DNA of 61,490 nt, counting the filler. It is 3 parts of 3 records of this genome, joined end to end, with 100 filler letters (N's around TTAATTAATTAA, not from the genome) between each part and the next. Parts side by side here need not be neighbours in the genome. Positions count along the whole stretch, not along the records: positions 1 to 31,268 come from SRR22947725_564; 2 more parts are not named here. The stretch is one strand, 5' to 3'. How positions within the stretch are numbered: position 1 is the stretch's first letter; each line of letters opens with the position of its first letter. The position numbers and the translations under genes are program-made. This document shows, piece after piece, positions 10,573 to 20,485 of this stretch. A model generated the notes under the pieces. The model was not told the origin of the DNA and did not search any database. It saw only the letters and a list, made by a program, of their open reading frames with translations.

Positions 10573-11229
10573 ATGAACCTTGTTATTTTTGGACCACCTG
10601 GAGCTGGAAAAGGTACTCAATCCTCACACCTTGTAAAAAATGAAGGAATGTTTCAGCTTTCAACAGGTGATCTTTTAAGAGCAGAATTAAACAGTGGTTC
10701 AGATCTTTCTAAAGAATTAAAAAAAACAATGGATGCAGGAAAATTAGTATCAGATGAAATTATTAGAAATTTAATAGAAAAAAAAATTTCAGATCCTTTG
10801 ATTAAAAACAAAATTATTTTTGATGGATTTCCCAGAAATATTGAACAAGCTAAGTCATTAGATCAAATGTTAAAAAAATATGATCAAGAAATTTCATTAA
10901 TAATAAATTTAAAAGTTGATTATTCAATCTTAGTAAAGAGAATTTCTGGCAGGTTATCTTGTTCTATTTGCAAGAAACCCTTTAACGAATATTTTGATCC
11001 ACCAATTGATACAAATGCTTGTGCTGATAAAAATTGTAATAAAAGAGATTTAATAAAAAGATCCGATGATAATGAGAGCACTGTAACGAGTAGACTGAAA
11101 ACCTACGAAGAACAAACACTTCCAATATTAAATTATTACAAGGAAAAAGGAATCATTAGAGACATAGATGCAATGTTGACAATTAATGAGGTAACCAGTC
11201 AAATAAAAGGGATTATCAATGACTTATAA
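10573..11229 (+). CDS. adk: Adenylate kinase (long form, Cys-containing LID)
   Basis: GPPGAGKGTQ P-loop, STGDLLR, DGFPR, LID CSIC...CADKNC, RSDD. Confidence 0.97.
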   Translation: MNLVIFGPPGAGKGTQSSHLVKNEGMFQLSTGDLLRAELNSGSDLSKELKKTMDAGKLVSDEIIRNLIEKKISDPLIKNKIIFDGFPRNIEQAKSLDQMLKKYDQEISLIINLKVDYSILVKRISGRLSCSICKKPFNEYFDPPIDTNACADKNCNKRDLIKRSDDNESTVTSRLKTYEEQTLPILNYYKEKGIIRDIDAMLTINEVTSQIKGIINDL

Positions 11230-11231
11230 AG

Positions 11232-11259
11232 TTGACTTTGCAAGGTTGATTACTATAAT
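11232..11259 (+). promoter_or_regulatory. Sigma70-type promoter of the alpha operon
   Basis: TTGACT (11232-11237), 16 bp spacer, TATAAT (11254-11259), in the largest intergenic gap of the ribosomal cluster, upstream of rpsM. Confidence 0.75.
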
Positions 11260-11292
11260 CCAGCGATTTTATAAAATAAGGCAATCATAACT

Positions 11293-11676
11293 ATGGCGCG
11301 TATATCAGGTGTAAATCTACCATTAAATAAACAAGTGCATATTGCACTTCAATATATTTATGGAATTGGCGATCATTATGCTGAAAAAATTTGTACAGAA
11401 TTAAAAATAGAAAAATCTAAAAGAGTAAATAGTTTAACAGACGATGAAGTATTAAAGATTAGAGAATTAATAGATGGAAAATATAAAGTTGAAGGTGATC
11501 TCAGAAGAGAAATTTCTTTAAACATAAAGAGGTTGAGAGATTTAGGAACTTACAGAGGAACTAGGCATAGAAAAAAACTTCCAGTAAGAGGTCAAAGAAC
11601 TTCATCAAATGCAAGAACCCGAAAAGGAAAAGCTATTGCTATTGCAGGAAAAAAATTAACAGCGGCTAAGAAATAA
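11293..11676 (+). CDS. rpsM: 30S ribosomal protein S13
   Basis: [27 protein letters not shown]. Confidence 0.98.
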   Translation: MARISGVNLPLNKQVHIALQYIYGIGDHYAEKICTELKIEKSKRVNSLTDDEVLKIRELIDGKYKVEGDLRREISLNIKRLRDLGTYRGTRHRKKLPVRGQRTSSNARTRKGKAIAIAGKKLTAAKK

Positions 11677-12083
11677 TGAGTAAAGAAGAAATTAAGAAAA
11701 AAAGTAAATTCAAAACAAAAAAAAAAGATAAGAAAGTTGTAACTTCTGGTAAAGCTTTTGTTAATGCAACTTTTAATAACACTATAATCTCAATAACTGA
11801 TAAAAGTGGTAATGTACTCTCTTGGTCCTCAGCTGGTTCAAAGGGTTTTAAGGGTTCACGAAAATCAACACCATACGCTGCTCAAGTTGCAGCTGACGAT
11901 GCTGCGATCAAAGCTACAGAATATGGAATCAAATCTTTAGATGTAGAAGTAAAGGGACCGGGTTCAGGTAGAGAGACAGCTCTTAGAGCTCTTCAAGCAA
12001 GAGGCTTTAAAATACTTTCAATTAAAGATACCAGTCCAATGCCACATAACGGTTGTAGACCACCAAAAAAGCGAAGAGTTTAA
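11676..12083 (+). CDS. rpsK: 30S ribosomal protein S11
   Basis: [41 protein letters not shown]. Confidence 0.98.
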   Translation: MSKEEIKKKSKFKTKKKDKKVVTSGKAFVNATFNNTIISITDKSGNVLSWSSAGSKGFKGSRKSTPYAAQVAADDAAIKATEYGIKSLDVEVKGPGSGRETALRALQARGFKILSIKDTSPMPHNGCRPPKKRRV

Positions 12084-12108
12084 AAAAATAAATTAAAGGA
12101 GAAGAACA

Positions 12109-13125
12109 TTGATAGAAAAAAATTGGAAAGAATTAGTTAAGCCATCAAAATTAGACATCCAATCTAGTGATGATAAAAGTTTTGCAAAAATTACAGTTGA
12201 GCCTTTAGAAAAAGGTTTTGCATTAACATTAGGTAATTCGTTAAGGAGAATATTATTATCATCTATTCAAGGAACTGCAGTAACAGCTATTCAGATTGAC
12301 GGTGTTCTTCATGAATTTTCATCAATTAATGGTGTTAGGGAAGATGTTACAGACATTGTTCTTAACATTAAAGCATTATCACTAAAATTGAAAAATCCTG
12401 GACCTAAAAAGTTAATTCTTGATGCTCAAGGACCTGGTGAGATTAAAGCAAAAGATTTAAACGAAAGTGCCGATATAGAAATTTTAAATCCAGATCAGGT
12501 AATTTGTAATCTTGATGATAATACCAAAATTTACATGGAATTAACTGTCAACACTGGAAAAGGTTACGTATCAGCAGAAAAAAATAGAGACAAAGACTCT
12601 CCATTAGGATTAATACCAATAGATTCAGTTTATAGTCCTGTTAAAAGAGTATCGTATAATATTTCTGAAACTAGAGAAGGTTTATCAATTGACTATGATA
12701 AACTTACAATGGAAGTTGAAACAAATGGATCAGTTGAGGCTGAAGAGTGCGTTGCATATGCAGCTAGAATTTTACAAGATCAGCTTGCAATGTTTATTAA
12801 TTTTGAAGAGCCTAAAGAGGTTGTTGCACAACAAACATCTTCAGAGCCAGAGTTTAATAAGAATTTACTAAGACGTGTAGACGAACTTGAGCTATCTGTA
12901 AGATCAATGAATTGTCTTAAAAATGATAATATCATCTACATTGGTGATTTAGTTCAAAAGACTGAAGGTGAAATGCTTAGAACACCAAATTTCGGAAGAA
13001 AATCTTTAAATGAAATTAAAGAAGTTTTATCAGGAATGTCATTGTATTTAGGTATTGAAATACCAAATTGGCCACCAGAAAATATAGCTGAGTTATCAAA
13101 AAAATTAGAGGAAGAATACAAATAG
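12109..13125 (+). CDS. rpoA: RNA polymerase alpha subunit (TTG start)
   Basis: [51 protein letters not shown] at 12097-12101. Confidence 0.98.
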   Translation: MIEKNWKELVKPSKLDIQSSDDKSFAKITVEPLEKGFALTLGNSLRRILLSSIQGTAVTAIQIDGVLHEFSSINGVREDVTDIVLNIKALSLKLKNPGPKKLILDAQGPGEIKAKDLNESADIEILNPDQVICNLDDNTKIYMELTVNTGKGYVSAEKNRDKDSPLGLIPIDSVYSPVKRVSYNISETREGLSIDYDKLTMEVETNGSVEAEECVAYAARILQDQLAMFINFEEPKEVVAQQTSSEPEFNKNLLRRVDELELSVRSMNCLKNDNIIYIGDLVQKTEGEMLRTPNFGRKSLNEIKEVLSGMSLYLGIEIPNWPPENIAELSKKLEEEYK

Positions 13126-13569
13126 ATGAGACATAAGGTAGCCTACAGAAAGCTTAATAGAACAGCGGAGCATAGAAAAGCTTTAATTAAAAATATGCTA
13201 AACGCTTTAATTAAGCATGAGCAAATTGAAACTACCTTACCCAAAGCAAAAGAGTTAAAAGTTGCCATTGATAAAATTATCACATTGGGAAAAAAGAATA
13301 CTCTTGCCTCTAAAAGAATATTGATTTCAAAATTACAAGACCAGGAAATGGTAAAAAAAATTACTACAACTTTGATTAAAAGATATGAAAAAAGAAACGG
13401 AGGTTATTCTAGAGTAATAAGATCCGGCTATAGATATGGAGATAATGCTCCCAAAGCATATATTGAATTAGTTGATAAAGATTTTAATGCGAAGGGTCAA
13501 AACTCAGGTCCATCGCAAAAAAAAATTGAAAACAAAGAGATAGAAAAAAAAGAAGTAGTAAAAAAATAA
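13126..13569 (+). CDS. rplQ: 50S ribosomal protein L17
   Basis: MRHKVAYRKLNR, IETTLPKAKEL, RNGGYSR, RYGDNA. Confidence 0.98.
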   Translation: MRHKVAYRKLNRTAEHRKALIKNMLNALIKHEQIETTLPKAKELKVAIDKIITLGKKNTLASKRILISKLQDQEMVKKITTTLIKRYEKRNGGYSRVIRSGYRYGDNAPKAYIELVDKDFNAKGQNSGPSQKKIENKEIEKKEVVKK

Positions 13570-13583
13570 GTTATACCGAAACA

Positions 13584-14027
13584 ATGTCTTTTAAAAATTC
13601 TTCTTTAAATATATCAAATACTTTTTCAGAATTAAAAAATAAAAATTATAGTTTTTCAGCATACAAAAAATTTTCACTATCTTATTTACTAATTTTAATT
13701 TTGGCACTTTCATTCTTATTACCCAATGGAAATAATAAAATTATTACAAATAAAACAAATACATTTAAACCAGCACAAAAAGTTATTGTGAAAAAAACTT
13801 TACAAGATAAAGCAATTGACACATTAAGATTAGCTAGAAAATGTAAAAATTTAGTACCCAAACATTACCAAAGCGCTACCAATAGTGCATATTATAATAA
13901 TGTTGAATTTGCTGATAATCTAAAAAAATTCTCAATTAAGGGGCCAAATGACAGTGGCTGGAATACAATAAGTGATAGAACCTATAATATAATAAATATT
14001 ATGCGTAATGCAGGAGCTGATTGCTAG
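13584..14027 (+). CDS. Hypothetical membrane-anchored protein (no family recognised)
   Basis: 147-aa ORF fills the rplQ-crcB gap exactly; one hydrophobic segment (FSLSYLLILILALSFLLP), two Cys. Confidence 0.65.
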   Translation: MSFKNSSLNISNTFSELKNKNYSFSAYKKFSLSYLLILILALSFLLPNGNNKIITNKTNTFKPAQKVIVKKTLQDKAIDTLRLARKCKNLVPKHYQSATNSAYYNNVEFADNLKKFSIKGPNDSGWNTISDRTYNIINIMRNAGADC

Positions 14028-14035
14028 TCCTTTAG

Positions 14036-14407
14036 ATGAGTAATTTGGCTTTAGTTGCTTTATTTGGAGCAATTGGCAGTTTAAGCAGATATAGCTTAAT
14101 TCAATATTCACCTAAGATTATATTTTTAAATTTTCCAATTGGAACTTTACTCGTTAATCTCATTGGATCATTTTTAATTGGAGTTGTTTCTTCAATTTTT
14201 GATAAAAACTTAATTACAAATGAAATTAGAACTTATTTAGTCTTTGGTTTTTTAGGTGGCTTCACAACGTTTTCAGCTTTCACATATGAGTTTTTTAATT
14301 TTTTAAAAAATTCTGAATATTTGAATGCTTTTTTGTATATATTTTTATCTGTTTTTTTAGGATTAGCCTTATTTATCCTGGGATATAAAGTTATTAAAAT
14401 TTTTTAA
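14036..14407 (+). CDS. crcB: Fluoride efflux channel CrcB/Fluc
   Basis: GAIGSLSRY, GTLLVNLIGS, GFLGGFTTFSAF. Confidence 0.95.
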   Translation: MSNLALVALFGAIGSLSRYSLIQYSPKIIFLNFPIGTLLVNLIGSFLIGVVSSIFDKNLITNEIRTYLVFGFLGGFTTFSAFTYEFFNFLKNSEYLNAFLYIFLSVFLGLALFILGYKVIKIF

Positions 14408-15282
14408 TGAATAAAGTAGTTAAATCTTACAAGATAGATAGAGATTTTATAGATACAAGACTTGATCGTTTTATTAAAATTAAAATATCTAAACTCCCCC
14501 AATCTTTAATCGAAAAAAATTTAAGAAAAAAAAATATACTGGTTAATAAAAAAAAATCCAAGAGTTCATACAAGTTATTAGAAAATGACATTGTAGATTT
14601 TTTATTTGAACCTGAATTAAGCGAAGTTAAAAAGAAGAAAATAAAAAAAATTAATAATTCAGATCTTGATCAATTAAAAAAAAATATAGTTTTTGAATGT
14701 AATGATTATATTATTTTGAATAAACCTTATGGGATTGCATCTCAAGACGGATTGAAAGTTAAAAAAAATCTAATCGATATTCTTAATTTAGATAAAGAAA
14801 AATATTATATTGTTCATAGATTGGATATTGAAACTATTGGGTTGATGATATTTGCTAAAAATAGGGAATATGCGAAAAAATTTTCTGATTTATTTTATTC
14901 GAGAATGATAAAAAAAAAATATTATGCAATTATTAATGGACAAATTAGGAAAAATAAAGGTGAGCTAATCACGACTGAATTACAAGGAAATAAAAAGGTT
15001 ACTTCTTCAACTTTATTTGAAGTTAAATCAAAAAATAAAAATTTCTCATTTTTAGATGTTGAAATATTAACTGGTAGAAAGCATCAAATTAGAAAACAAT
15101 TTTCAGATTTAGATCATCCGGTAGTAGGAGACCAAAAGTACGGAGATAAGAAAAATAAAATTAATTTATGCCTATGTAGCTATTATTTAGAATTTGAGTA
15201 CAAAGGTAAAATTAAAAGCTATTCAATTGATCTTCCAGATTTTATGCAAAATTTTATTCAAAAATCTTTTTATAATTTTTAA
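14407..15282 (+). CDS. RluA-family 23S rRNA pseudouridine synthase (RluC-like, with S4 domain)
   Basis: RLDRF S4 motif, LNKPYG, HRLD catalytic Asp, TGRKHQIR, PVVGDQKYG. Confidence 0.92.
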   Translation: MNKVVKSYKIDRDFIDTRLDRFIKIKISKLPQSLIEKNLRKKNILVNKKKSKSSYKLLENDIVDFLFEPELSEVKKKKIKKINNSDLDQLKKNIVFECNDYIILNKPYGIASQDGLKVKKNLIDILNLDKEKYYIVHRLDIETIGLMIFAKNREYAKKFSDLFYSRMIKKKYYAIINGQIRKNKGELITTELQGNKKVTSSTLFEVKSKNKNFSFLDVEILTGRKHQIRKQFSDLDHPVVGDQKYGDKKNKINLCLCSYYLEFEYKGKIKSYSIDLPDFMQNFIQKSFYNF

Positions 15283-15871
15283 TTATATTTTCATCTAGAT
15301 TTTTAATTTCAGAATTTTCCAAAAAATCACATATATTTGCAATTCCTTTATCTTTAATGCCACAAGGAATGATCCCTTCGTAATTTTTTTTATTCACATT
15401 TATATTTAAGGAAAATCCATGGAAAGCAATCCATCTTTTTACTCGAATGCCAATAGCTGCAATTTTACAAATTTTATTATTTTTATTTACCCATATACCG
15501 ACATTTTTTGGGTCATTAAATCCAGTTACATTATAGTCATCTAAAATCTTAATTATCCAATTTTCTACGTTTCTTACAAATTTTTTTATATTTTTATCTT
15601 TCAACATATGAACAAAATAAACTACTTTTTGACCATTGCCATGAAATGTCCACTGACCACCTCTTGAAGTTTTATAAATTGGAAATTTACTTGGATCTAG
15701 TAAATCATGATCTTTTGCCGATGTTCCCCCGGTATATAAATTAGGGTGCTGCAATATCCATAAAAGATTATTTTCTTTATTAGCCTGTATTTTAATCACT
15801 CTTTTTTCTAACAATTCAATTGCCTCATCATAGGGGACTGGTTTTTTGCTGATTTTTATTTCTAGTTTCAT
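15254..15871 (-). CDS. lipB: Octanoyltransferase
   Basis: QHPNLYTGG, RGGQWTFHG, KIAAIG, HGFSLN, IIPCG. Confidence 0.95.
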   Translation of the reverse strand: MKLEIKISKKPVPYDEAIELLEKRVIKIQANKENNLLWILQHPNLYTGGTSAKDHDLLDPSKFPIYKTSRGGQWTFHGNGQKVVYFVHMLKDKNIKKFVRNVENWIIKILDDYNVTGFNDPKNVGIWVNKNNKICKIAAIGIRVKRWIAFHGFSLNINVNKKNYEGIIPCGIKDKGIANICDFLENSEIKNLDENIIKNYKKIFE

Positions 15872-15901
15872 TATAAGAGATAGTTAAAAGAGTTAAATAC
15901 T

Positions 15902-17281
15902 ATGTCAAGCAATCAACAAATTTCTGAGAATAAATCTTTTGAGGTTACTCAAGATATAATTGATAAATTAGAAAAGTTAATTGAAAATAAGAATGTTAAA
16001 GAAGTAAATGATTATTTTCATTCATTGCATCCCGCAGATGCTGCTGAAGTTCTTTCAAATCTATCTGAAAAATCAAGGTTTAACTTATTGTTACTCGAGA
16101 CTCTAGAGTTAAAAGCCGATACCATTATTGAGTTAAATAATACATTACAAAAAGATATTCTTAATAAGCTTCCAGCTGAGGAAGTTGCAAATATAGTTAA
16201 CGATCTTGAATCTGACAATGCATTACAAGTTGTTTCAAATTTAAATGAAGAAAAGAAAATCGAAGTTTATGAAAAAATACCAACAAAAGATAAGCAGTTA
16301 ATTGAAGAAGTTTTAAATATATACCCTGAAGACTCAGCTGCAAGATTAATGCAAACAGAGTATTGTTCCGTATCACCTGATTGGACTGTTGGAGAAACTA
16401 TAGATTATTTAAGAGAAAATGAAGATCTTCCTAATGAGTTTTTACAAATATTTATTGTAGATGTGGCTGGTAAGTTGATTGGGTCGGTTCCCTCTTCAAG
16501 AGTTTTAAGAAATCCAAGGAATACAAAGATGTCTCATATAATGGTTGAGTCTTCATTTTCCATTAACGGCAATATGGATAAAGAAGAGGTTGGAAACTTC
16601 TTTGAACAGTACAATTTAATTTCCGCTGGTGTGGTCGATAAAAATAATAAACTTATTGGGATGATCACAGCTGATGATATTTTAACTGTTGTTAAAGAAG
16701 AGGCAGAGGAAGATACATTAAAACTTGCAGGTGTTCAGGATGAGGAAATTTCAGATAATGCGTTTAAAATTACAAAAAAAAGATTTGTTTGGTTATTAAT
16801 AAATTTATTTACTGCCATAATAGCTTCTCGAATAATTGGTTTATTTGATGACAGTATCGAAAAAGTAGTTGCCTTAGCTGTATTAATGCCAATTGTAGCG
16901 TCAATGGGCGGAAATGCTGCTACACAAACCTTGGCTGTTACTATTAGATTATTAGCAACAAAAGAACTAACCTCAGACAATTTATCTAAGATTATTAATA
17001 AAGAATTTTACGTTGGTTTTTTAAATGGATTAATATTTTCGATTATATCAGCAGCATTTGTATATTTTTGGTTTTATGATTTTAAACTTTCAATTTTAAT
17101 AGGCATTTCAATGATCATTAATATGATATCAGCAGGATTGTCAGGAATAATAATTCCAACTGTATTAGACAAATGCAAAATAGACCCTGCGATTGCTTCT
17201 ACAGTTTTTGTAACAACAGTAACTGACGTTATTGGTTTTTTATCTTTTTTAGGATTAGCAAGTTTTATTCTTGGATTTTAA
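15902..17281 (+). CDS. mgtE: Magnesium transporter MgtE
   Basis: HPADAA N-domain, CBS pair, MGGNAATQ, DPAIAS...TTVTDV. Confidence 0.95.
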   Translation: MSSNQQISENKSFEVTQDIIDKLEKLIENKNVKEVNDYFHSLHPADAAEVLSNLSEKSRFNLLLLETLELKADTIIELNNTLQKDILNKLPAEEVANIVNDLESDNALQVVSNLNEEKKIEVYEKIPTKDKQLIEEVLNIYPEDSAARLMQTEYCSVSPDWTVGETIDYLRENEDLPNEFLQIFIVDVAGKLIGSVPSSRVLRNPRNTKMSHIMVESSFSINGNMDKEEVGNFFEQYNLISAGVVDKNNKLIGMITADDILTVVKEEAEEDTLKLAGVQDEEISDNAFKITKKRFVWLLINLFTAIIASRIIGLFDDSIEKVVALAVLMPIVASMGGNAATQTLAVTIRLLATKELTSDNLSKIINKEFYVGFLNGLIFSIISAAFVYFWFYDFKLSILIGISMIINMISAGLSGIIIPTVLDKCKIDPAIASTVFVTTVTDVIGFLSFLGLASFILGF

Positions 17282-18081
17282 AAATTATCAATTAGTCTAA
17301 TATTTTTTATATAGAAGGCAATAAAAATCCTTGTTTTGTTTGTTATTTTATTCTGAATTTTAAATTTATCTAAATTAATATTTTCTATATAATCATATTT
17401 AATCTCATTATCTTTAAGATATTTTTTGGTACTTTTAATTATTAAATCTAAATTATGTTTTTTCTTTTTGAGATATCTTATGAATTTTATTACATTACTT
17501 GCTTTATCTAAAGCCTGTGTACTTAACAATTTATTTCGAGAAGATAATGCTAATCCATTTTTATCCCTAATAGTTTTGCATTTTATAACTTTACAGTTAA
17601 TTTTATTTAAATTTATATAATTTTTTATAATCATTAATTGCTGGTAGTCTTTTTCTCCTAAGTAAATCTTCCTTGCCGGCAATATATCTATTAACTTTTC
17701 TATTACTTGTAAAACTCCCCTAAAGTGACCTTTTCTAAATTTTTGCTCCATAAGATTATTAATTTTTGGATATTTTTTATTTTTTGTTTTCCAAGTAAAA
17801 ACTTCTTTAAATGAAGGTAAAAACAAATAATCTACTTTAAGGTTTTTGCAAATTTTAATATCATTTTGAATTTTTTTAGGATATTTTTTTAAATCTTTTT
17901 TATTATTAAATTGCTTTGGATTTAAAAATATACTCACAAAAGTAAATTTATTCTCAGTTTTACTCTTTTTTATTAAAGATTCATGACCTTTGTGCAAGGA
18001 ACCCATGGTAGGAACAAACCCTGTATTTTTAAAATTCTTGATAATTAAGTTTATTTCTTTAGATTTTTTTATGATTTTCAT
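17278..18081 (-). CDS. panC: Pantoate--beta-alanine ligase
   Basis: GFVPTMGSLHKGH, SIFLNPKQF, GEKDYQQ, GLALSSRN, RLIDN. Confidence 0.96.
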   Translation of the reverse strand: MKIIKKSKEINLIIKNFKNTGFVPTMGSLHKGHESLIKKSKTENKFTFVSIFLNPKQFNNKKDLKKYPKKIQNDIKICKNLKVDYLFLPSFKEVFTWKTKNKKYPKINNLMEQKFRKGHFRGVLQVIEKLIDILPARKIYLGEKDYQQLMIIKNYINLNKINCKVIKCKTIRDKNGLALSSRNKLLSTQALDKASNVIKFIRYLKKKKHNLDLIIKSTKKYLKDNEIKYDYIENINLDKFKIQNKITNKTRIFIAFYIKNIRLIDNF

Positions 18082-18097
18082 TTATTGATTAGCCTAT

Positions 18098-18895
18098 ATG
18101 ATTAAACAAGCAATTATACCACTTGCAGGATTAGGTACAAGGATGCTTCCATTGTCTAAGTCTTTTCCAAAAGAGCTTTGGCCATTAGGAGAAAAATCAA
18201 TTTTAGAATATATTTTAGATGAGTGTTTTGAAGCTGGAATTAAAGAAATCATATTTGTAGTATCAAAAAAAAAAGAAATAATTAAAAAATATTTTTCAAG
18301 AGATATATCTTTGGAAAAAAAAGTTGCAAGTAAACCTGAACTGTTAAAATATTTAAAAAATTTAAACAAGGTATCTGGTAAAATCAAATTTGCATATCAG
18401 GAAAATCCCAAAGGTCTAGGTCATGCTGTTTTATGTGCAAAAAAATATATAAAATCTAAGCATTTTCTATTGTTACTACCGGATGATATTATTAAAGGTA
18501 AAAATTGCTCAAAGGAATTGATAAGAATAAATAATAAAACAAAATCATCTGTTGTTGCATTAAGAAAAGTTATAAAAACTGATGTTAAACGATATGGCAT
18601 TGTTGGATTTAAAGATATAAAAAAACTTATGATAAACAAAATGGTTGAAAAACCATCCGTGAAAAGTTCGCCATCACAATATGCGATTATAGGAAGATAT
18701 ATATTGAATAAATCAATATTTAGTTTTTTAACTAATCAGAAAAGTGGAAAATTAGGAGAAATTCAAATTACAGACGCAATGAACTCAATGTTAATAAAAG
18801 AAAAATTTTATGGATGTAAATTTTCAGGAAAATATTTAGATTGCGGCACCAAAAAGGGTTATATAAATTCATTTATTGACATTAATAAAAAATGA
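18098..18895 (+). CDS. galU: UTP--glucose-1-phosphate uridylyltransferase
   Basis: PLAGLGTRMLP..KS.PKE, PKGLGHAV, LLPDD, VEKP, GEIQITDA, DCG. Confidence 0.92.
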   Translation: MIKQAIIPLAGLGTRMLPLSKSFPKELWPLGEKSILEYILDECFEAGIKEIIFVVSKKKEIIKKYFSRDISLEKKVASKPELLKYLKNLNKVSGKIKFAYQENPKGLGHAVLCAKKYIKSKHFLLLLPDDIIKGKNCSKELIRINNKTKSSVVALRKVIKTDVKRYGIVGFKDIKKLMINKMVEKPSVKSSPSQYAIIGRYILNKSIFSFLTNQKSGKLGEIQITDAMNSMLIKEKFYGCKFSGKYLDCGTKKGYINSFIDINKK

Positions 18896-20199
18896 AAATT
18901 TGCTTCATAGGTACAGGGTATGTTGGGTTAGTTTCAGGGGTTCTTTTTTCTGATTTTGGTAACAATGTAGTTTGTGTTGATAACGATCAAAAAAAAATTG
19001 AGAATTTAAAAAAAGGAATTATTCCTATTTTTGAACCTGGCTTGGATGAGCTTGTAATTAAAAATTATAATGCAAAAAGACTTTTTTTTACAACTGATAT
19101 AAATAAAGCTATTAAAGAATCAGATATTATTTTTATTGCAGTAGGAACACCTACAGCAAAAGATGGAGTATCAGCTGATCTTAAAAATGTATACGCTGTC
19201 GCAAAGATTATATCGAAAAATATTAATAAATATAAAATTATTATCACTAAATCTACAGTTCCAGTCTGCACAGGTGATGAGGTTGAAAAAATAATTAAAT
19301 CAAAAAATTCATCTGCTAAGTTTGATGTAGTTTCAAATCCTGAGTTTTTGAGAGAGGGGGAGGCAATAAGAGATTTTAGATATCCGGATAGAGTCGTTAT
19401 TGGATCAAACAACTTAAAAAAAACTAAGCCAATTTTAGAAAAACTTTACGAACCAATCATCAAGAAAGGTAGCAAGTTTATTTCAACAACAAGAAGAAGC
19501 GCTGAATTAATTAAGTATGCCGCCAATGCTTTTTTAGCAACCAAGATTACTTTTATAAATGAAATTGCCAACTTATGTGAACAGGTTGGATCAAATGTTG
19601 AAGATATTGCAATTGGAATAGGTACTGATGAAAGAATAGGTTCCAGGTTTTTGAGAGCTGGACCTGCATATGGCGGTTCATGTTTCCCAAAAGATACAAA
19701 AGCTTTAACAAAAATTGGCGATAAATTTAAAACTGATATGTCAGTTGTTAAATCTGTTATTAAAAGTAATGAAAAAAGAAAATCAAAATTAGCAAATCAA
19801 ATCATTGAAATTTTAGGTAAACCTAAGGGTAAAAAAGTAGGATTTTTAGGAGTCACATTTAAAGCTAACACTGATGATATGAGAGATACACAATGTCTAA
19901 AAATTTTCCCTCAATTGTTGAGGAAGGGTGTAAAAATTTCATATTATGATCCCACTGGAAAAAAAGATGAGTTAAAGAACATAGAATTTAAAAAAAGTTC
20001 ATTAGAAATTTTGAAAAATAATGATCTTATTGTTATTCATACTGAGTGGGACGAATTTAGATCACTAAATTTTAAAAAAGTAAAAAAAAGAAATATTAAA
20101 ATTTTTGACATGAGGAATTTATATCAACCAAATAGTTTTTCAAATCAAAATGTAGCTTATTATTCTATAGGAAGGCCTGCCAATGGAAAAAAAGCTTGA
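18892..20199 (+). CDS. ugd: UDP-glucose 6-dehydrogenase
   Basis: GTGYVG, AVGTP, KSTVPV, SNPEFLREG, GGSCFPKD, FKANTDDMR. Confidence 0.96.
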   Translation: MKICFIGTGYVGLVSGVLFSDFGNNVVCVDNDQKKIENLKKGIIPIFEPGLDELVIKNYNAKRLFFTTDINKAIKESDIIFIAVGTPTAKDGVSADLKNVYAVAKIISKNINKYKIIITKSTVPVCTGDEVEKIIKSKNSSAKFDVVSNPEFLREGEAIRDFRYPDRVVIGSNNLKKTKPILEKLYEPIIKKGSKFISTTRRSAELIKYAANAFLATKITFINEIANLCEQVGSNVEDIAIGIGTDERIGSRFLRAGPAYGGSCFPKDTKALTKIGDKFKTDMSVVKSVIKSNEKRKSKLANQIIEILGKPKGKKVGFLGVTFKANTDDMRDTQCLKIFPQLLRKGVKISYYDPTGKKDELKNIEFKKSSLEILKNNDLIVIHTEWDEFRSLNFKKVKKRNIKIFDMRNLYQPNSFSNQNVAYYSIGRPANGKKA

Positions 20200-20485
20200 T
20201 AAAATTGAAGAAATTCAACTTCAACAAAAAAATACAAAACCATTTTTTTATAAAATAATTCTTCTTAACGATGATTTTACAACAATGGATTTTGTTGTTA
20301 AAATTTTAATTATGTTTTTAAATAAAACTACATATCAAGCAAATGATTTGATGCTAAAGGTTCATCATGAAGGTTCAGCGGTATGTGGAATTTATCCAAA
20401 AGATATTGCGTTCACCATTCAAAATAAAATTTTTAATTATTCAAGATTAAATAAACAGCCTTTAAAGTGTATTGTTAGACAATAA
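20183..20485 (+). CDS. clpS: ClpA adaptor ClpS
   Basis: LLNDDFTTMDFVV, VHHEG; directly upstream of clpA. Confidence 0.93.
   Translation: MEKKLDKIEEIQLQQKNTKPFFYKIILLNDDFTTMDFVVKILIMFLNKTTYQANDLMLKVHHEGSAVCGIYPKDIAFTIQNKIFNYSRLNKQPLKCIVRQ

Noticed and set aside
13990-14035. Fluoride riboswitch upstream of crcB (also an Mg2+ riboswitch upstream of mgtE)
   Set aside because: Intergenic gaps are only 8 and 30 bp, and no riboswitch consensus was seen.
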